Assembly: GCF_008065095.1 (NCBI RefSeq)
Contig: NZ_CP042911.1
Coordinates: 5,790,001-5,822,000, forward strand
Direction of reading: 5' to 3'
DNA length: 32,000 nt
Source of the DNA: Gemmata obscuriglobus
GTDB taxonomy: Bacteria > Planctomycetota > Planctomycetia > Gemmatales > Gemmataceae
Shown: positions 31,180 to 32,000 of the stretch, in pieces
Layout: every line of letters starts with the position of its first letter
How positions within the stretch are numbered: the first letter of the stretch is position 1
Made by a program: the position numbers and the translations under genes
The notes under the pieces: generated by a model
Told to the model about the DNA's origin: nothing
The model's database searches: none
What the model saw: the letters and a program-made list of their open reading frames with translations, nothing else

Positions 31180-32000
31180 ATGGATACGACCGAACCGATC
31201 CGGTTAACGAAACTCGCGAAGCGGGCCGGGTGCGCCGCAAAACACCCGCCGGGTTTCCTGCTGCCCCTGCTGGGGATGCTGCCGCCGATCACGGACCCGA
31301 ACGTGCTGGTCGGCAGTGCCACCGCCGACGACGCGGCCATTTATAAGTTGTCGCCGGATCTGGCGCTGGTCCTCACCACCGATTTCTTCACGCCCATCGT
31401 CGACGCGCCCCGCGACTTCGGCCGGGTGGCGGCGGCGAACGCGCTGTCCGACGTGTACGCGATGGGCGGCAAACCCACAGCGGCGCTGAGCATCGTGGGG
31501 TTTCCGGACTCGCTCCCCGCGGCGGTGCTGGGCGAGATCCTTGCCGGCGCATCCGCAGTCGCGGCCGAGGCGGGAATCGCCATCGTCGGCGGGCACACCA
31601 TCAAGAGTGAGGAGCCGATTTTCGGCCTCGCGGTGGTCGGCACGGTTCACCCCGACCGCGTGTTGAGCAACGCGGGGGCGAAACCGGGCGACGTACTCGT
31701 TCTCACCAAGCCGCTCGGGTTGGGCATCATTTCGACGGCCGCGAAGAACGATCAGGACACGCGCGGGGCGATTGCCGACGCGATTCGGGTCATGACGACA
31801 CTCAACCGCACGGCCGCGGAGGTGCTCACGCAGTTCGAGGTCCACGCCCTCACCGACGTAACGGGGTTCGGGCTGTTGGGGCATTTGCGAAACGTGACGG
31901 CAGCGAGCGGCGTGACCGCAGAGGTGTTCGCGTCGCGCGTTCCGGTGCTGGACGCCGCACGCGAGTACGTGAAAGCCGGGATCGCACCCGGCGGAACACG
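31180..32000 (+). CDS. selD: Selenide, water dikinase (selenophosphate synthetase), Cys-type. The 3' end runs off the window.
   Basis: Not in the ORF track because there is no stop in the window. My translation from ATG 31180 (GGAG 8 nt upstream) gives MDTTEPIRLTKLAKRAGCAAKHPPGFLL...DDAAIYKL...LTTDFFTPIVDAPRDFGRVAAANALSDVYAMGGKP...IVGGHTIKSEEPIFGLAVVG...LTKPLGLGI...ALTDVTGFGLLGH. This matches the SelD/AIR-synthase-like blocks. The N-terminal G-C-x-x-K has Cys, not a TGA codon. Confidence 0.9.
   Translation, partial: MDTTEPIRLTKLAKRAGCAAKHPPGFLLPLLGMLPPITDPNVLVGSATADDAAIYKLSPDLALVLTTDFFTPIVDAPRDFGRVAAANALSDVYAMGGKPTAALSIVGFPDSLPAAVLGEILAGASAVAAEAGIAIVGGHTIKSEEPIFGLAVVGTVHPDRVLSNAGAKPGDVLVLTKPLGLGIISTAAKNDQDTRGAIADAIRVMTTLNRTAAEVLTQFEVHALTDVTGFGLLGHLRNVTAASGVTAEVFASRVPVLDAAREYVKAGIAPGGT

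Overview
Very GC-rich bacterial chromosome segment. The gene content looks Planctomycetota/Gemmataceae-like: several Hanks-type Ser/Thr kinases, a WD40 kinase, a secreted ThuA-like protein and a large multi-haem cytochrome. That taxonomic guess comes from composition and gene repertoire only, since no search was possible. I support 21 protein-coding genes and found no rRNA, tRNA, transposase, integrase, cas or other defence gene, so this reads as a mostly core housekeeping/signalling region rather than an island. Left to right: WD40 Ser/Thr kinase (partial, missing from the ORF track because it has no stop in the window), MDR-type oxidoreductase, secreted ThuA-like protein, a PAS/HisKA_3 histidine kinase, a hybrid histidine kinase, a tail-anchored Ser/Thr kinase with a tandem-FHA/TPR partner, M19 dipeptidase, NupC-type nucleoside transporter, a 1024-aa five-haem cytochrome, a trmB-ubiB pair, an orphan HlyD-type adaptor, a nitrogen-PTS-like cluster (hpf-ptsN-HPr-ptsI), a DUF2344(TIGR03936)-RNase E/G pair, a SUKH/SMI1 protein and selD (partial). 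The features most worth follow-up are: (1) an RNase E/G whose S1 domain is split by a ~450-aa charge-blocked, RGG-repeat disordered insert; (2) a ~90-nt AT-rich near-perfect palindrome directly upstream of the DUF2344-rne operon; (3) an HPr-like protein with Asp at the position of the regulatory Ser46; (4) a ~150-nt composite palindrome with a perfect 27-bp GC core; and (5) a 37-nt direct repeat pair separated by a 36-nt spacer. I did not find a clear-cut novel multi-gene system. The RNase E locus is the best candidate for undescribed biology. All family assignments rest on motif recognition by eye, and many long ORFs in the supplied track are antisense or off-frame artefacts of high GC.
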